From positions 372,001 to 436,000 of the forward strand of contig NW_027590264.1 in NCBI RefSeq assembly GCF_964213995.1: 64,000 nt of DNA. The letters run 5' to 3'. Position numbers and translations under genes: made by a program. The stretch comes from Mustelus asterias (lineage: Eukaryota). Below, piece by piece: positions 32,831 through 45,028 of the stretch. Under the pieces are notes generated by a model. It was not told the DNA's origin, made no database searches, and was given only the letters and a program-made list of their open reading frames with translations. Within the stretch, counting starts at the first letter, position 1, and every line of letters begins with the position of its first letter.

Positions 32831-34539
32831 GAAAGCCTGTTCCAATATTCAGTAAGATCCTGGCTGATCTGTGATCTAACTCTCTATCTCTTAACCCCTT
32901 GGACTGAGGAAAATCTATCAACCCCAGATTTAAAATAATAACAAGTGACTGAGCATCAATAGCCATTTGCAGAAGATTGTTTCAAACTAACTCCACACCA
33001 CATCTGGCAATGTTTCCATTTCTACAATTCTAAAATTCTAAACTGAGGCTAACATTCAAATATTCCCAAATCCTGGAGTTCCCAGCCAGCAGAAAAACTT
33101 GTTCTTTATCAGCCTCTCCCTTTCCCTCATTATTTTCAATGTTTGATTAAATCAGCCCCCAACTTAAATTCCAGCGGTTAAGAATAACGTTTAATCTGCA
33201 CTGTTCATCAAATGTTCCCAACACAAATACTGTAATGGGGTAAATACAGAGTAAAATCCCCTCTGCTCTGTCCAAGGAATGTTTCATCACAGATTTTTAT
33301 TTTGAAGTTGAGGAAAAACAGGTATCAAATTGCTCAGCATCCCAGTGTGGCCTCCTGTTTATTTCAATCAGCCCTTCACATTCAAACATGAAGTTGAAGC
33401 TTCGAATACTGTCTGTGGCAGCGTTTGTGGGTTCAGTTGTTCTCCTGCTTTTTCACTTGTCTGAAGGATTTGAATTCTCGACATTGTTTAATCATTCCTT
33501 TCTCTCAGCACATGGAACTTGTGAATCTTCAAGGCAGACAATCTCATGTAATTAACAACAAACTGCATCTTTATTCATCCGTCCATTTCCTATCTCTGAA
33601 TGGATCACACACATTTCCAGAATGCAGGAAGCTCTCAATGGAAACTGCTTCCAATTATTCCCCAATACAATTGTTCACACTTTACTGTGAACTACATTCC
33701 ACTGACATTCCCAAAGCAGCCACAGAAAAGTGACTGGTTATTTTAAACATTGAACCTGAACTATTTGAGCTGATGATTCACTCACATTGTACAGAAATGT
33801 TGACCCTGTTTTGATGAGAGTGATCAGATTAACATTGTAACATGAAGACAGCCTCCGTACTGAGATTCACCACATTTACAACAATTCCGCAATATCAGAT
33901 CCATTGCTGTGTGTTTTGTGTGAATCCAGCTGTGAAATATCTGGACATTTGGAGCTTCCACTGTTTCTGTCATTTCATCATTTATTAAAGTACGCTGTTC
34001 TATCCCTTTTAAATCTAAGTTGTGTCAGTTTACATTTCCCTGCACTGAAACCTCTCCACCAGTTTTGTCCATGTACAAAATATGAATAACTCTTTGCAAT
34101 GTGATGTTTCCAGCTACGCTGCTTACAATGCTGTCTAATATTTTGTGTCATCGGCAAACCAGGATGTGTAGCATTCAGTCACATTAAATGGTCAATAAAT
34201 ATGTCAATACTGNNNNNNNNNNNNNNNNNNNNNNNNNNNNNNNNNNNNNNNNNNNNNNNNNNNNNNNNNNNNNNNNNNNNNNNNNNNNNNNNNNNNNNNN
34301 NNNNNNNNNNNNNNNNNNNNNNNNNNNNNNNNNNNNNNNNNNNNNNNNNNNNNNNNNNNNNNNNNNNNNNNNNNNNNNNNNNNNNNNNNNNNNNNNNNNN
34401 NNNNNNNNNNNNNNNNNNNNNNNNNNNNNNNNNNNNNNNNNNNNNNNNNNNNNNNNNNNNNATGTATTTGAATCTCAAATATGTTCAGTTGGAGGCCATT
34501 TGACCCATCGAGCCTGCTCCACCACTCAAACAGATCATG

Positions 34540-34909
34540 ACAAACACACACACACACAGACACACACACACACACACAGACAAAGAGAGAGGCACACAGA
34601 CACTCACGGACACACACACACAGAGACACAAACACACACTCACGGACACACACGCACACACGCAGAGAGACACAAACACACACTCACAGACACACATGCA
34701 CAAAGACACAGAGAGAGACACACACACAGACACACAGGCAAAGAGAGAAACACACAGACACTCACGGACACACACGCAGAGGGACACAAACACACACTCA
34801 CAGACACACATGCACAAAGACAGAGAGAGAGAGACAGACACACACTCACTCACAATCACACACACAGAAGCACACATTGAAATAGACACTTGCACACACT
34901 TAGAAACTG

Positions 34910-34945
<36 letters not shown>

Positions 34946-34950
34946 AGAAA
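34540..34950. repeat. CA/GA microsatellite
   Basis: Degenerate (CA)n/(CAGA)n tract next to the N gap 34213-34460. Confidence 0.9.
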
Positions 34951-35354
34951 TACAAAAACATAAGCGCACCGACACTCTCATTCCTATTTCTGTTTTACTC
35001 CTCAATGCCCCAACTAAAAAGTACTGGGATCTGAACTTGAAATGCTGGAACTGATCATGGAGGAACGAGTGGGGCCTAATAGACACTGAGAAGTTAACTT
35101 GTGTGTGAATCATAGAATGGTGACAGCACAGGAGGCCATTCAGCCCGTCAAGCCTGGATCAACACACTGCAAGAGCAGTTTCACTATTCCCAATCCTCCA
35201 CCCTCTCCCCGTAACCCTGTCAATATTTTCCCTTCAGCTTCCCATTCAATTTCCTCTTGATGGAATCTTCTTCCACCTCTGACTCAGGCAGAACATGATG
35301 TGGAGATGCCGGCGTTGGACTGGGGTAAACACAGTATTTTTGTCTAAACAACAA

Positions 35355-35664
35355 TATACATAGAATCCCTACAGTGCAGAGGAGGCCATTCGGCCCAACG
35401 AGTCTGCACCAACCCACAATCCCACCCAGGCCCTATCCCCATATATTTACCCTAGCTTGTCGCTAAGGGTCAATTTATCATGGCCAATCCACCCAACCCG
35501 CACATCTTTGGACTGTGGGTGGAAACCGGAGCACCCGGAGGAAACCCACAAAGACACGGGGAGAATGTGCCAACTCCGCACAGACAGTGACCCGAGCTGG
35601 GAATGGAACCCGGGTCCCTGGTGCCGTGAGGCAGAAGTGGTAACCACTGTGCCACCGTGCCGCC
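35355..35664 (-). mobile_element. HE1-like SINE
   Basis: Full tRNA head and CR1-type tail. Confidence 0.88.
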
Positions 35665-35670
35665 ACTGAC

Positions 35671-36640
35671 CTTTTGGAGAATCCTCCTTAGTTCCATTTA
35701 TTCTCCGAGGCAAAACTTCCATTTCCCAGCTCTTGTCTGTAAATGCTCAGTCTCTTGTTCCAGGTATTTTCCCAGTATTTCCACACGCTAACCTGCTGTG
35801 GGTCATTGGCCCAAATTTTCTTCAACCATTTTCAGAATTTCATTCAAATACTTCTGATGTTTCAGCAAAATGGTTTGCTGCTCCTGTTTGGTCTTTGAAC
35901 TTTTCATAACCCTGGAGTTTCTCCTGATCTCATTCAGATTGAGTTTTATTTAATTTTTTTCCAGTGATGTCAAAACGTATTCATTCTGGACTTTCATTTT
36001 GTTTTCTAATATTGAGTCTATCTCGTCACTCACAAACTACTCATTTGAATCATTTGAGGGGGTTTAAATAATGTGTTTTTAAATAATTTGTCAACTTCCC
36101 TGAACTCTGCCGTTGTTACATCTTGTTCTGTCTCAGCAATGGGCGGCACGGTAGCACAGTGGTTAGCACTGCTGCTTCACAGCTCCTGGGTTCGATTCCC
36201 GGCTCGGGTCACTGTCTGTGTGGAGTTTGCACATTCTCCTCGTGTCTGCGTGGGTTTCCTCCGGGTGCTCCGGTTTCCTCCCACAGTCCAAAGATGTGCG
36301 GGTTAGGTTGATTGGCCGGGTTAAAAATTGCCCCTTAGAGTCCTGAGATGCGTGGGTTAGTGGGATTAGCGGGTAAATATGTGGGGGTAGGGCCTGGGTG
36401 GGATTGTGGTCGGTGCAGACTCGATGGGCCGAATGGCCTCCTTCTGCACTGCAGGGTTTCTATGATTTCTATGAAGCCCCTTAAATTAAAATGAGCAGCT
36501 ACTCAGTGTTAATTGTCATTAACCCTTGGAGCTCTTATTTCCTCTGGGGTGAACTTTTATCTTGATGTTTCGGGCACTTTTCCTGCCTCTGCACTGTCCA
36601 TTACCAGGGTGGATACATCAATATCTTTACTCACATCAGT
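35671..36640 (-). pseudogene. Decayed large exon encoding a charged, coiled-coil-like protein (unidentified), split by a SINE
   Basis: DVSKDIDVSTLVMDSAEAGKVPETSR*..IAETEQDVTTAEFREVDKLFKN../FVSDEIDSILENKMKVQNEYVLTSLEKK/LNLNEIRRNSRVMKSSKTKQEQQTILLKHQKYLNEILKMVEENLGQ*..VEILGKYLEQETEHLQ..MELRRILQK, ending at donor AAG|GTCAGT. Contains stops and frameshifts. Confidence 0.55.
36141..36473 (+). mobile_element. Young HE1-like SINE
   Basis: Full-length, very similar to 11640-11978. Confidence 0.9.
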
Positions 36641-37040
36641 TTGACTTGATTTATTCTTATCACATTAATATACAGTGAAAAGTATTGTTTCTTGTGCACT
36701 ATACAGACAAGGCATACCATTCATAGAGAAGGAAAGGAGAGAGTGCAGAATATAGTGTGACAGTCATAGCGAGAGTGTAGAGAAAGATCAACTTAGTGTG
36801 AGGCAGATCCATTCAAAAGTCTGATGGCAGCAGGGAAGAAGCTGTTTTTGAGTCGGTTGGTACATAACCTCAGACTTTTGTGTATTTTTCCGACAGAAGA
36901 AGGTGAAAGAGAGAATGTCCAGGTGCGTGGGGTCCTTAATTATGCTGGCTGCTTTTCCGGGGCAGCGGGAAGTGTAGACAGTCAATGGATGGGAGGCTGG
37001 TTTGCGTGATGGACTGGGCTTCATTCACAACCCTTTGTAT
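36640..37040 (-). mobile_element. Rex1/Babar-type LINE 3' fragment
   Basis: VYTSRCPGKAASIIKDPTH motif, with the same 3' tail as 11582-12560. Confidence 0.78.
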
Positions 37041-37805
37041 AGTCCCCACCAGTCACACACGACACACACACAGTCCAGAAGAGACACACGTGTGGAAGAT
37101 GATGCTGTCGGAGGCAGAGGTGCCTCGAGCTATCCGTGCAGCAATGCAGGTCCAGTGCGCTGAAGGCTGTCCTCCTCGGCAGCAATGACCTGCCACCGGT
37201 CTGCGCCTTCACAAGACTCTGGACACAATGGGTGAAGAGAGATAGAGAGTGAGAGATGGATTGATATATATACATGATGAGAGAGAGAGAGAGATTGCCC
37301 CAATACAAACATCGCTCCCCAACCTCTCTATTCCCCCTCCCCAGCAACTACCTGAAGCTAAATTAATGTCACAACATCACTGCCATCTTTTACCCAAAAC
37401 TTAGCTTCAGACCCTTTCCCTCTATATTTAACCAGCCCGTCTCTGACATCTCCTCCAGTCACACAACCCTGTGAGATGTCTGCACCGCTCTAATTGTGGC
37501 ATCGTGAGCGTTCCACATGCAACATGACTTGCATCGATAAACTCTCATCTCCAACATTTCAATTGAAATTTCAAAGCTCAATGGCTTTGAAGCCGAATGG
37601 TCCAGATTGCCATGGCCTTCAATGTGAACAAGTTGTTTGTGATGTCACTACAGAGGTTGCCTAGGAAACAATGACTGAACACAGGGGGTGAATGTGAGAA
37701 GCTGAAGTTTCCACTTGAAGACATTCCCAGTGTCTCTGAGCAGCTGAACTGGGGAAGCCTTTGGGCAGAGACTGTGCTGCTGCTATTGCCCTTCCTGGCC
37801 ACCAG

Positions 37806-38122
37806 GCGTCGCTGTAACGCTCCCGGGGGGGGGCTGCTCCTCCCCAGTGTCACCTCTTGCCCACTCCGGCCCATGCTCGTTGGCGGGACAACAGGGGGAC
37901 TTGTCGAGGGGGGCGGGGCGGCCTGTGCGCATGTGCGGGACGGGAATGCTCCCAGAGGTCAGCGCGCGCGGACGCCGCCGCATTGATGCCGTCTCCCCTG
38001 GCAACGCAAGATGGTCGCCGCCGCCGTCTCCCTTGGCAACGGAATATGGCCGCTGGCCGTCTCCCTTGGCAACGCAAGATGGCCGCCGGCGGTGGGTGTC
38101 ATTGCGGCGCACGCGCAGTGAG
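37806..38122. promoter_or_regulatory. CpG-island promoter (copy B)
   Basis: Duplicate of 10640-10960. This copy has an intact GC box GGGGCGGGGC near 37910. Confidence 0.7.
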
Positions 38123-41100
38123 GTGTGTCTGCAGCCATTGTCCAGGTTGCCCCCAGTGGATGGGGTTGGGATTGTGCAGCAGATGGAGCAACAATCCCAG
38201 TTTCAATAGGGGGACAGAAGCTGCAATGCTGCCCCCTGTTGGTCACTTCTCCCAGTCTCAGCATTGCAGAGTGTTTAAACAAGAGTGCATTGTCACAGCA
38301 GCACCTTGACCTTCAGTTTCAGTTTATTTATTAGTCTCAGAAGTAGGCTTACATTAACACTACAATGAAGTTACTGTGAGAATCCCCTAGTCGCCCACAC
38401 TCCGGCGCCTGTTCGGGTTACACTGAGGGAGAATTTAGCACGGCCAATGCACCCTAACCAGCACATCTTTCAGACTGTGGGAGGAAACCGGAGCACCCGG
38501 AGGAAACCCACGCAGACACGGGGAGGGGACAGCCCGGGGGAAAGCTCCATTCCAACTGTCCCTGGAGTGTCAGATTAACCTGGGTCACTCACGCCCCCCC
38601 CCCGGCTAAGACTCACCTCCCTCAGACAGTGAGACCCTCCTGTATCACTCACCTTACTGCAGTCAGATACCCTCAGACTCAGCACTGGGCCCTGGGCGTG
38701 TTCTTTAAATGCTGCGACCTATCGTGGAGGAAAGAATTGGGAGGATTTTGATTTGATTTGATTTATTATTGTCACATGTATTGGGATACAGTGAAAAGTA
38801 TTGTTTCTTGTATGCTGTACAGACAAAACATACCGTTCATAGAGTACATCGGGGAGAAGTAAAAAAGAGGGTGCAGAATGTAGTGTTGCAGTCATAGGTA
38901 GGGTGTAGAGAAAGATAAATCTAATATGTAGCAGGTCCATTCAAAAGTCTGAGGGCAGCCGGGAAGTTCTTGAGTCGGTTGGTACGTGATCTCAGACTTT
39001 GTATCTTTTTCCTGACGGAAGAAGGTGGAAGAGAGAATGTGTGCATCAGGTCCTTAATTATGCTGGCTGCTTTTCTAAGGCCGCGGGAAGTGTAGACAGA
39101 GTCAATGAATGGGAAGCTAGTCTGCGTGATGGACGGGCCTACATTCACGACCTTTTGTAATTTCTTGCAGTCTTGGACAGAGCAGAAACCATACCAAGCC
39201 GAGATACAGAAAGGATGCTTTCTATGGTGCATCTGTAGAACTTGGTGAGAGTCGTAGCTGACATGCCAAATTTCCTTAGCCTCCTGAGAAAGTAGACGTG
39301 TTGGTGGGCTTTCTCAATTATAGTGTCGGCATGGGGGGACCAGGACAGGTTGTTGGTGATCTGGACACCTAGAAACTTGAAGTTGAGACCCAAATGACAA
39401 GTTGTCATAGTGTCGTAGATGTTTACAGCATGGAAACAGGCCCTTTGGCCCAACTTGTCATGCTGCCCTTTTTCTTTTAACCCCTAAGCTGGTCCCAATT
39501 CCCCACATTTGGCCCATATCCCTCTACATCTATCTTACCCATGTAACTGTCTAAATGCTTTTTAAAAGGTAAAATTGTGTCCATCTCTACTACTACCTCT
39601 GGCAGCTTCTTCCAGACGCTCATCACTCTCTGTGTGAAAAGATTGCCCCTCTGGACACTTCTGTATCTCTCCCCTCTCACCTTAAACCCATGCCCTTTAG
39701 TTTTAGACTCCCCTACCTTTGGGAAAAGATATTGACTATCTATTGTGTGTCAACCATAGAATAGCCACAGAATGAAGGAGGCCATTCAGCCCATTCAGCT
39801 GGTGTCGACTCTCTGCTAGAGCAATCGAGCCAGTCCCACTGCTCCACCTTGTCCCTGGAGCCCTGCAAATCTTTTCCCATCAGCTTCCCATCCCATTTCC
39901 TCCGGAAAGACAGCGAGGAGCAGAGAGGAAAGAGGGACTTGGGGAATGGAAGGTTTCATCTGATGTTCTTGTTGGCAGATGCTCTGTGGCGGATAAAGCT
40001 GGCAGCCTCCTCCAGAAAGCTGCACAGAGTGAATGGAAGGGGCAGAATGTGAGTGAGATGAGACACGAGAGAGAGAGAGAGGCGTGAAAGCTTTCTGTTT
40101 GTCAGCAAAAAGCACAATGGTGGCCCTGTGTCCTTCAGGGAGCGGCCCAGGCCTCGCTCAAAGCCTGCCCTGTCCTCACACTCACTGGGAGACGGCCATT
40201 TCTAACATGTTGTCCATGTTGCTGAGCTGACACTGAGACAAACACAAAAAAGCAGCCACTATCCGGACAAGTCCTCACGGAGAATGAAATGTCCAAAGCC
40301 ACTTCAAAGGAAGATTGCGCGGCAGGATTTGTCCTCGAGCTGCGGAGGGAGAGATTTGGATGGATGACCAGAAGCTGGGTCATTGAAGTTGTGTTTTAGC
40401 AATGGAGGTCTAGAGAACAGAAAAGGCCCTTCGGCCCATTGCATCTGTGCTGGTCAAAGACAAATCACCCAACTTGGCTCACGGCCTGGTAAGCCTTGGC
40501 ATTGCAAATGCATAGCTAAGCACTTCTTAAACGTTCTGAGGGTCTCTGCCTCCACCACCCTTTCAGGCAGAGAGTTCCAGACTCCCACCACCCTCTGGGT
40601 GAAAAAGGTTTTCCTCACATCCCCTGTAAACCTCCTGCCCCTTACCCTAAATCTATACCCCCTGGTCATTGATCCCACCACCAAGGGGAAAGCTTTCTTC
40701 CCGTCTACTCTATCGATGTCCCTCATAATCTTATCCATCTCCATCATGTTCCCCCTCAGCCTCCTCTGCTCCACAGAAAACAACCCCAGGGTGGAATCTT
40801 ATCACCGTTCAGGCCGGCAGGATTTTCCCATCCCACTGCAGTGAAAGGAGATTTGGCTGGTCACCAGATTCTCCGACCTCGCTGAGCAGGAGTGTGGCGT
40901 CAACAGGTGGTAAGATCACACCCTCAGTCTATAAAATCTCTCTTCAGTTCGAGTGGCGGCACGGTAGCACAGTGGTTAGCACTGCTGCCTCACAGCGCCA
41001 GGGACCCGGGTTCAATTCCGGCCTCGGATTACTGTCTGTGTGGAGTTTGCACATTCTCCCCGTGTCTGCGTGGGTTTCCTCCGGGTGCATTGTCCATGCA

Positions 41101-43680
41101 AAATTGCCCTGAGGGTCCCACGATGTATAGGTTAGGGGGATTAGCGGGAAAATACGTGGGGCTACGGGGTAAGCCTGGGTAAGTGTCCGTGCAGATTTGA
41201 AGGGTCGAATGGCCTCATTCTGGACTGTAGGGATTCTATGATTCTATGAACTAAAACTCTCCAGGCCAGGCAACATCCTGGTGAATCTCCTCTGCACCTT
41301 TTCCAGTGCTATCACATCCCTCCTATCCTGTGCATTCCACAACTGCACAATGTTTCGATGAGGGGCAGCACAGTGGTTAACACTGCTGCCTCACAGCGCC
41401 AGGGACCCGGGTTTGATTCCTGGCTTGGGTCACTGTCAGTGTGGAGTTTGTACATTCTCCCCGTGTCTGTGTGGGTTTCCCCCGGGTGCTGCGGTTTCCT
41501 CCCACAGTTCGAACGACGCGCTGGTTAGGTGTATCAGCCATGCTAAATTCTCCCCAAGTTGCCCAAACAGGCGCCAGAGCATGGCGACTACGGATTTTCC
41601 ACAGTAACTTCATTGCAGTGTTAATGTAACCCTACTTGTGACACTAATAAATAAACTTTTAAACCTGATACTCGATTCCCCCATGTTGGCCTTGTTCTGT
41701 GATCATTAATGCGGATGTTTAGATTATTCAATAGTTCTTTAAGGACAGCAGACACAGGGAAAAAAAAACATGTGACTCTGTACACAACAGATATATTTCA
41801 AGGGGATATTGCAGCCAGCTGTATCTGAGTGGCAGTAATCTTCCCTCAGAATCAGACAGATTGTGGGTTCAGCTCAGAGCCTCAAATACTAGGCCCTTCG
41901 CATCGATCAGAGACTCCGCGCACAGCATGATGGGAGAGCGGACAAAGGAAAGTGGTGTTGAATTTGTGAGCCTTGTTTTGTGGAAAGCTTTAGTGTTTGG
42001 TCAGAATGTTAATTTTTGAGTGGACCTACCATATATTAAGCTGATCTTTCTCTATACCCTCTCGGTAACTGCAACACTGTATTCTGCACCCTCTCCTCCT
42101 GACAGTTTTGTTTTAAACTCTTTATCAATGTCCTTCCAGGTTTAGTGTGAAGGTTTGTGTTCCACACTGAGCCCCTCTCAGTCTCCACACGGAGCTTGTG
42201 TGTGTGTGTTGATGCTCCTGTCATTTTGGATGGATACTGTGTGAAGCTGCATTCTCTCCCAGTGAGTTTCTGATCTACTTCACTCTCTCTGCGGTTGGAG
42301 CAATGTCCAGCAGGCAGCAGAGGATGGCAGTGTATCACAGTCAGCACAATATAGACAAACAGCCTTTAGCAAGAGAGGCTTTGACCCTTTTTCAAACCAA
42401 ATCCCCAATTTGATGTTTCCAGCTGCGCTGTTTACAATGCTGCTGAATATTGTGTGTCTTTGGTAAACTGGGATGTGTAGCATTCAGTCACATTAAGTGG
42501 TCAATAAATACGTCCACACTGTGTATATCTTTCTGTGTGTGTGTGTCAGCGTGCATGTGTGTCAATGTATTTAAATCTCAAAGGAAAATAGGAGCAGGTG
42601 TAGGCCATTTGGCCCATCGATCCTGCGCCAGCATTCAAACAGATCATGGTGCACGTACGCACACAAAACACGCACACACCAACACACACAAAACACGCAC
42701 ACACACAAAGCACGCACACACCAACACACACAAAACACGCACACACACAAAGTACGCACACACAAACACACATAAAACACGCACAAAAAGCACACACACA
42801 AATTTACACACACAAACACAATAAACACACACACACAAACACACAGAAAAACACACACACACATCAAACTGACAGTTAGCACTGCTGCCTCACAGTGCCA
42901 GGGACTCGGGTTCGGTTCCCGCCTTGGGTCACTGTCTGTGCGGAGTCTGCACGTTCTCCCCGTGTCTGCGTGGGTTTCCTCCGGGTGCTCCGGTTTCCTC
43001 CCACAGTCTGAAAGACGTTCTGGTTCGGGTGCATTGGCCGTGCTAAATTGTCCCTCCGCGTCAGGGAGACGAGCTCGGGTAAATGCATGGGGTTACGGGA
43101 ATAGGGCCTGGGTGGGATTGCGGTCGGTGCAGACTCAATGGGCCAAATGGCCTCCTTCTGCACTGCAGGAGTCTAGGATTCTATGAAAACACACAGAAAC
43201 AGATATTCTCACCCAGTAACACTCAGACGCACACAGTAATAAACACACACGGAAACATGTCCACACACAAACACGCATGCACACACGCACACAAACACAC
43301 ACACAGATTCCTATTTTATTTCACACAATCGATTTGCGTCTTGAACATGCTGAATGATTGGGCTTCCACATCCCCCTGGAATAGAAAATTCCAAAGATTC
43401 ACCACCCTCTGAGTGAAGAAATTTCTCCTCATCTCAGTCTTCAATGGTCTGCCCCTGATTCTGAGATTGTGTCCCCTGGTTCTAGTCTCACCAGCCAGGG
43501 GAAACATCCAATCTACATCCACCCTGTCACACCCTGTACGAATTTTAAGTCTGTTTCAATGGGATCGCCTCTCATTCTTCAAGGGTTCAAGGCCGACTTC
43601 CGGACTTGATGGCCATGGAAGGTGTGCTCATAACGGGGCCAAACAGCTGGATTATCAAACAGTAAATCCTGCCGGGATCG

Positions 43681-45028
43681 TGTATCAGTAAACTCTGCCC
43701 GAAACCTCTCTCAGTTATTACAATCTGGGCTTTGTATCAGTAATCTCTGCCCTAAACCTCTCTAAGTTATTACAATCTGGGCCTTGAATCAGTAAACTCT
43801 GCCCGAAGCCTCTCTCAGTTTTTACAATCTGGGCCTTGTATCAGTAAACCCTGCCCGAAACCTCGCTCTGTTATTACAATCTGGGCCTTGTATCAGTAAA
43901 CTCTGCCCGAAACCTCTCTCAGTTATTACAATCTGGGCCCTGTATCAGTAAACTCTGCCCGAAACCTCTCTCTGTTATTACAATCTGGGCCTTGTATCAG
44001 TAAACTCTGCCCGAAACCTCTCTCAGTTATTACAATCTGGGCTTTGTATCAGTAATCTCTGCCTGAAACCTCTCTCTGTTATGACAATCTGGGCCTTGTA
44101 TCAGTAAACTCTGCCCGAAGCCTCTCTCAGTTATTACAATCTGGGCCTTGTATCAGTAAACTCTGGCCGAAACCTCTCTCAGTTATTACAATCTGGGCCT
44201 TGTATCAGTAATCTCTGCCCTAAACCTCTCTCAGTTATTACAATCTGGGCTTTGTATCAGTAATCTCTGCCCTAAACCTCTCTCAGTTATTACAATCTGG
44301 GCCTGGTATCAGTAATCTCTGCCCGAAACCTCTCTCAGTTATTACAATCTGGGCCTTGTATCAGTAATCTCTGCGCTAAACCTCTCTCAGTTATTACAAT
44401 CTGGGCCTTGTATCAGTAAACTCTGCCCTAAACCTCTCTCAGTGATTACAATCTGGGCCTTGTATCAGTAAACTCTGGCCGAAACCTCTCTCAGTTATTA
44501 CAATCTGGGCCTTGTATCAGTAATCTCTGCCCTAAACCTCTCTCAGTTATTACAATCTGGGCTTTGTATCAGTAATCTCTGCCCGAAACCTCTCTCAGTT
44601 ATTACAATCTGGGCCTTGTATCAGTAATCTCTGCCCTAAACCTCTCTCAGTTATTACAATCTGGGTCTTGTATCAGTAAACTGTGTCCTAAACCTCTCTC
44701 AGTTATTACAATCTGGGCCTGGTATCAGTAATCTCTGCCCGAAACTTCTCTCAGTTATTACAATCTGGGCCTTGTATCAGTAATCTCTGCCTAAACCTCT
44801 CTCAGTTATTACAATCTGGGCTTTGTATCAGTAATCTCTGCCCTAAACCTCTCTCAGTTATTACAATCTGGGCTTTGTATCAGTAATCTCTGCCATAAAT
44901 CTCTCTCAATTATTACAATCTGGGCTTTCTTTCAGTAATCTCTGCCCTAAACCTCTCTCAGTTATTACAATCTGGGCCTTGTATCAGTAATCTCTGTCCT
45001 AAAACTCTCTCAGTTATTACAATCTGGG
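43681..45028 (+). repeat. 52-bp satellite array 2
   Basis: Same unit as array 1, with no CR1 insertions. Confidence 0.97.

Larger units (their letters stand above)
10495..33630 (+). repeat. Segmental duplication unit A
   Basis: Near-identical to 37661-59652 in blocks. Approximate correspondences: 10495-15275=37661-42098; 17625-19260=42103-43700; 15148-19050=45029-49040; 23208-33630=49772-59652. Confidence 0.93.
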
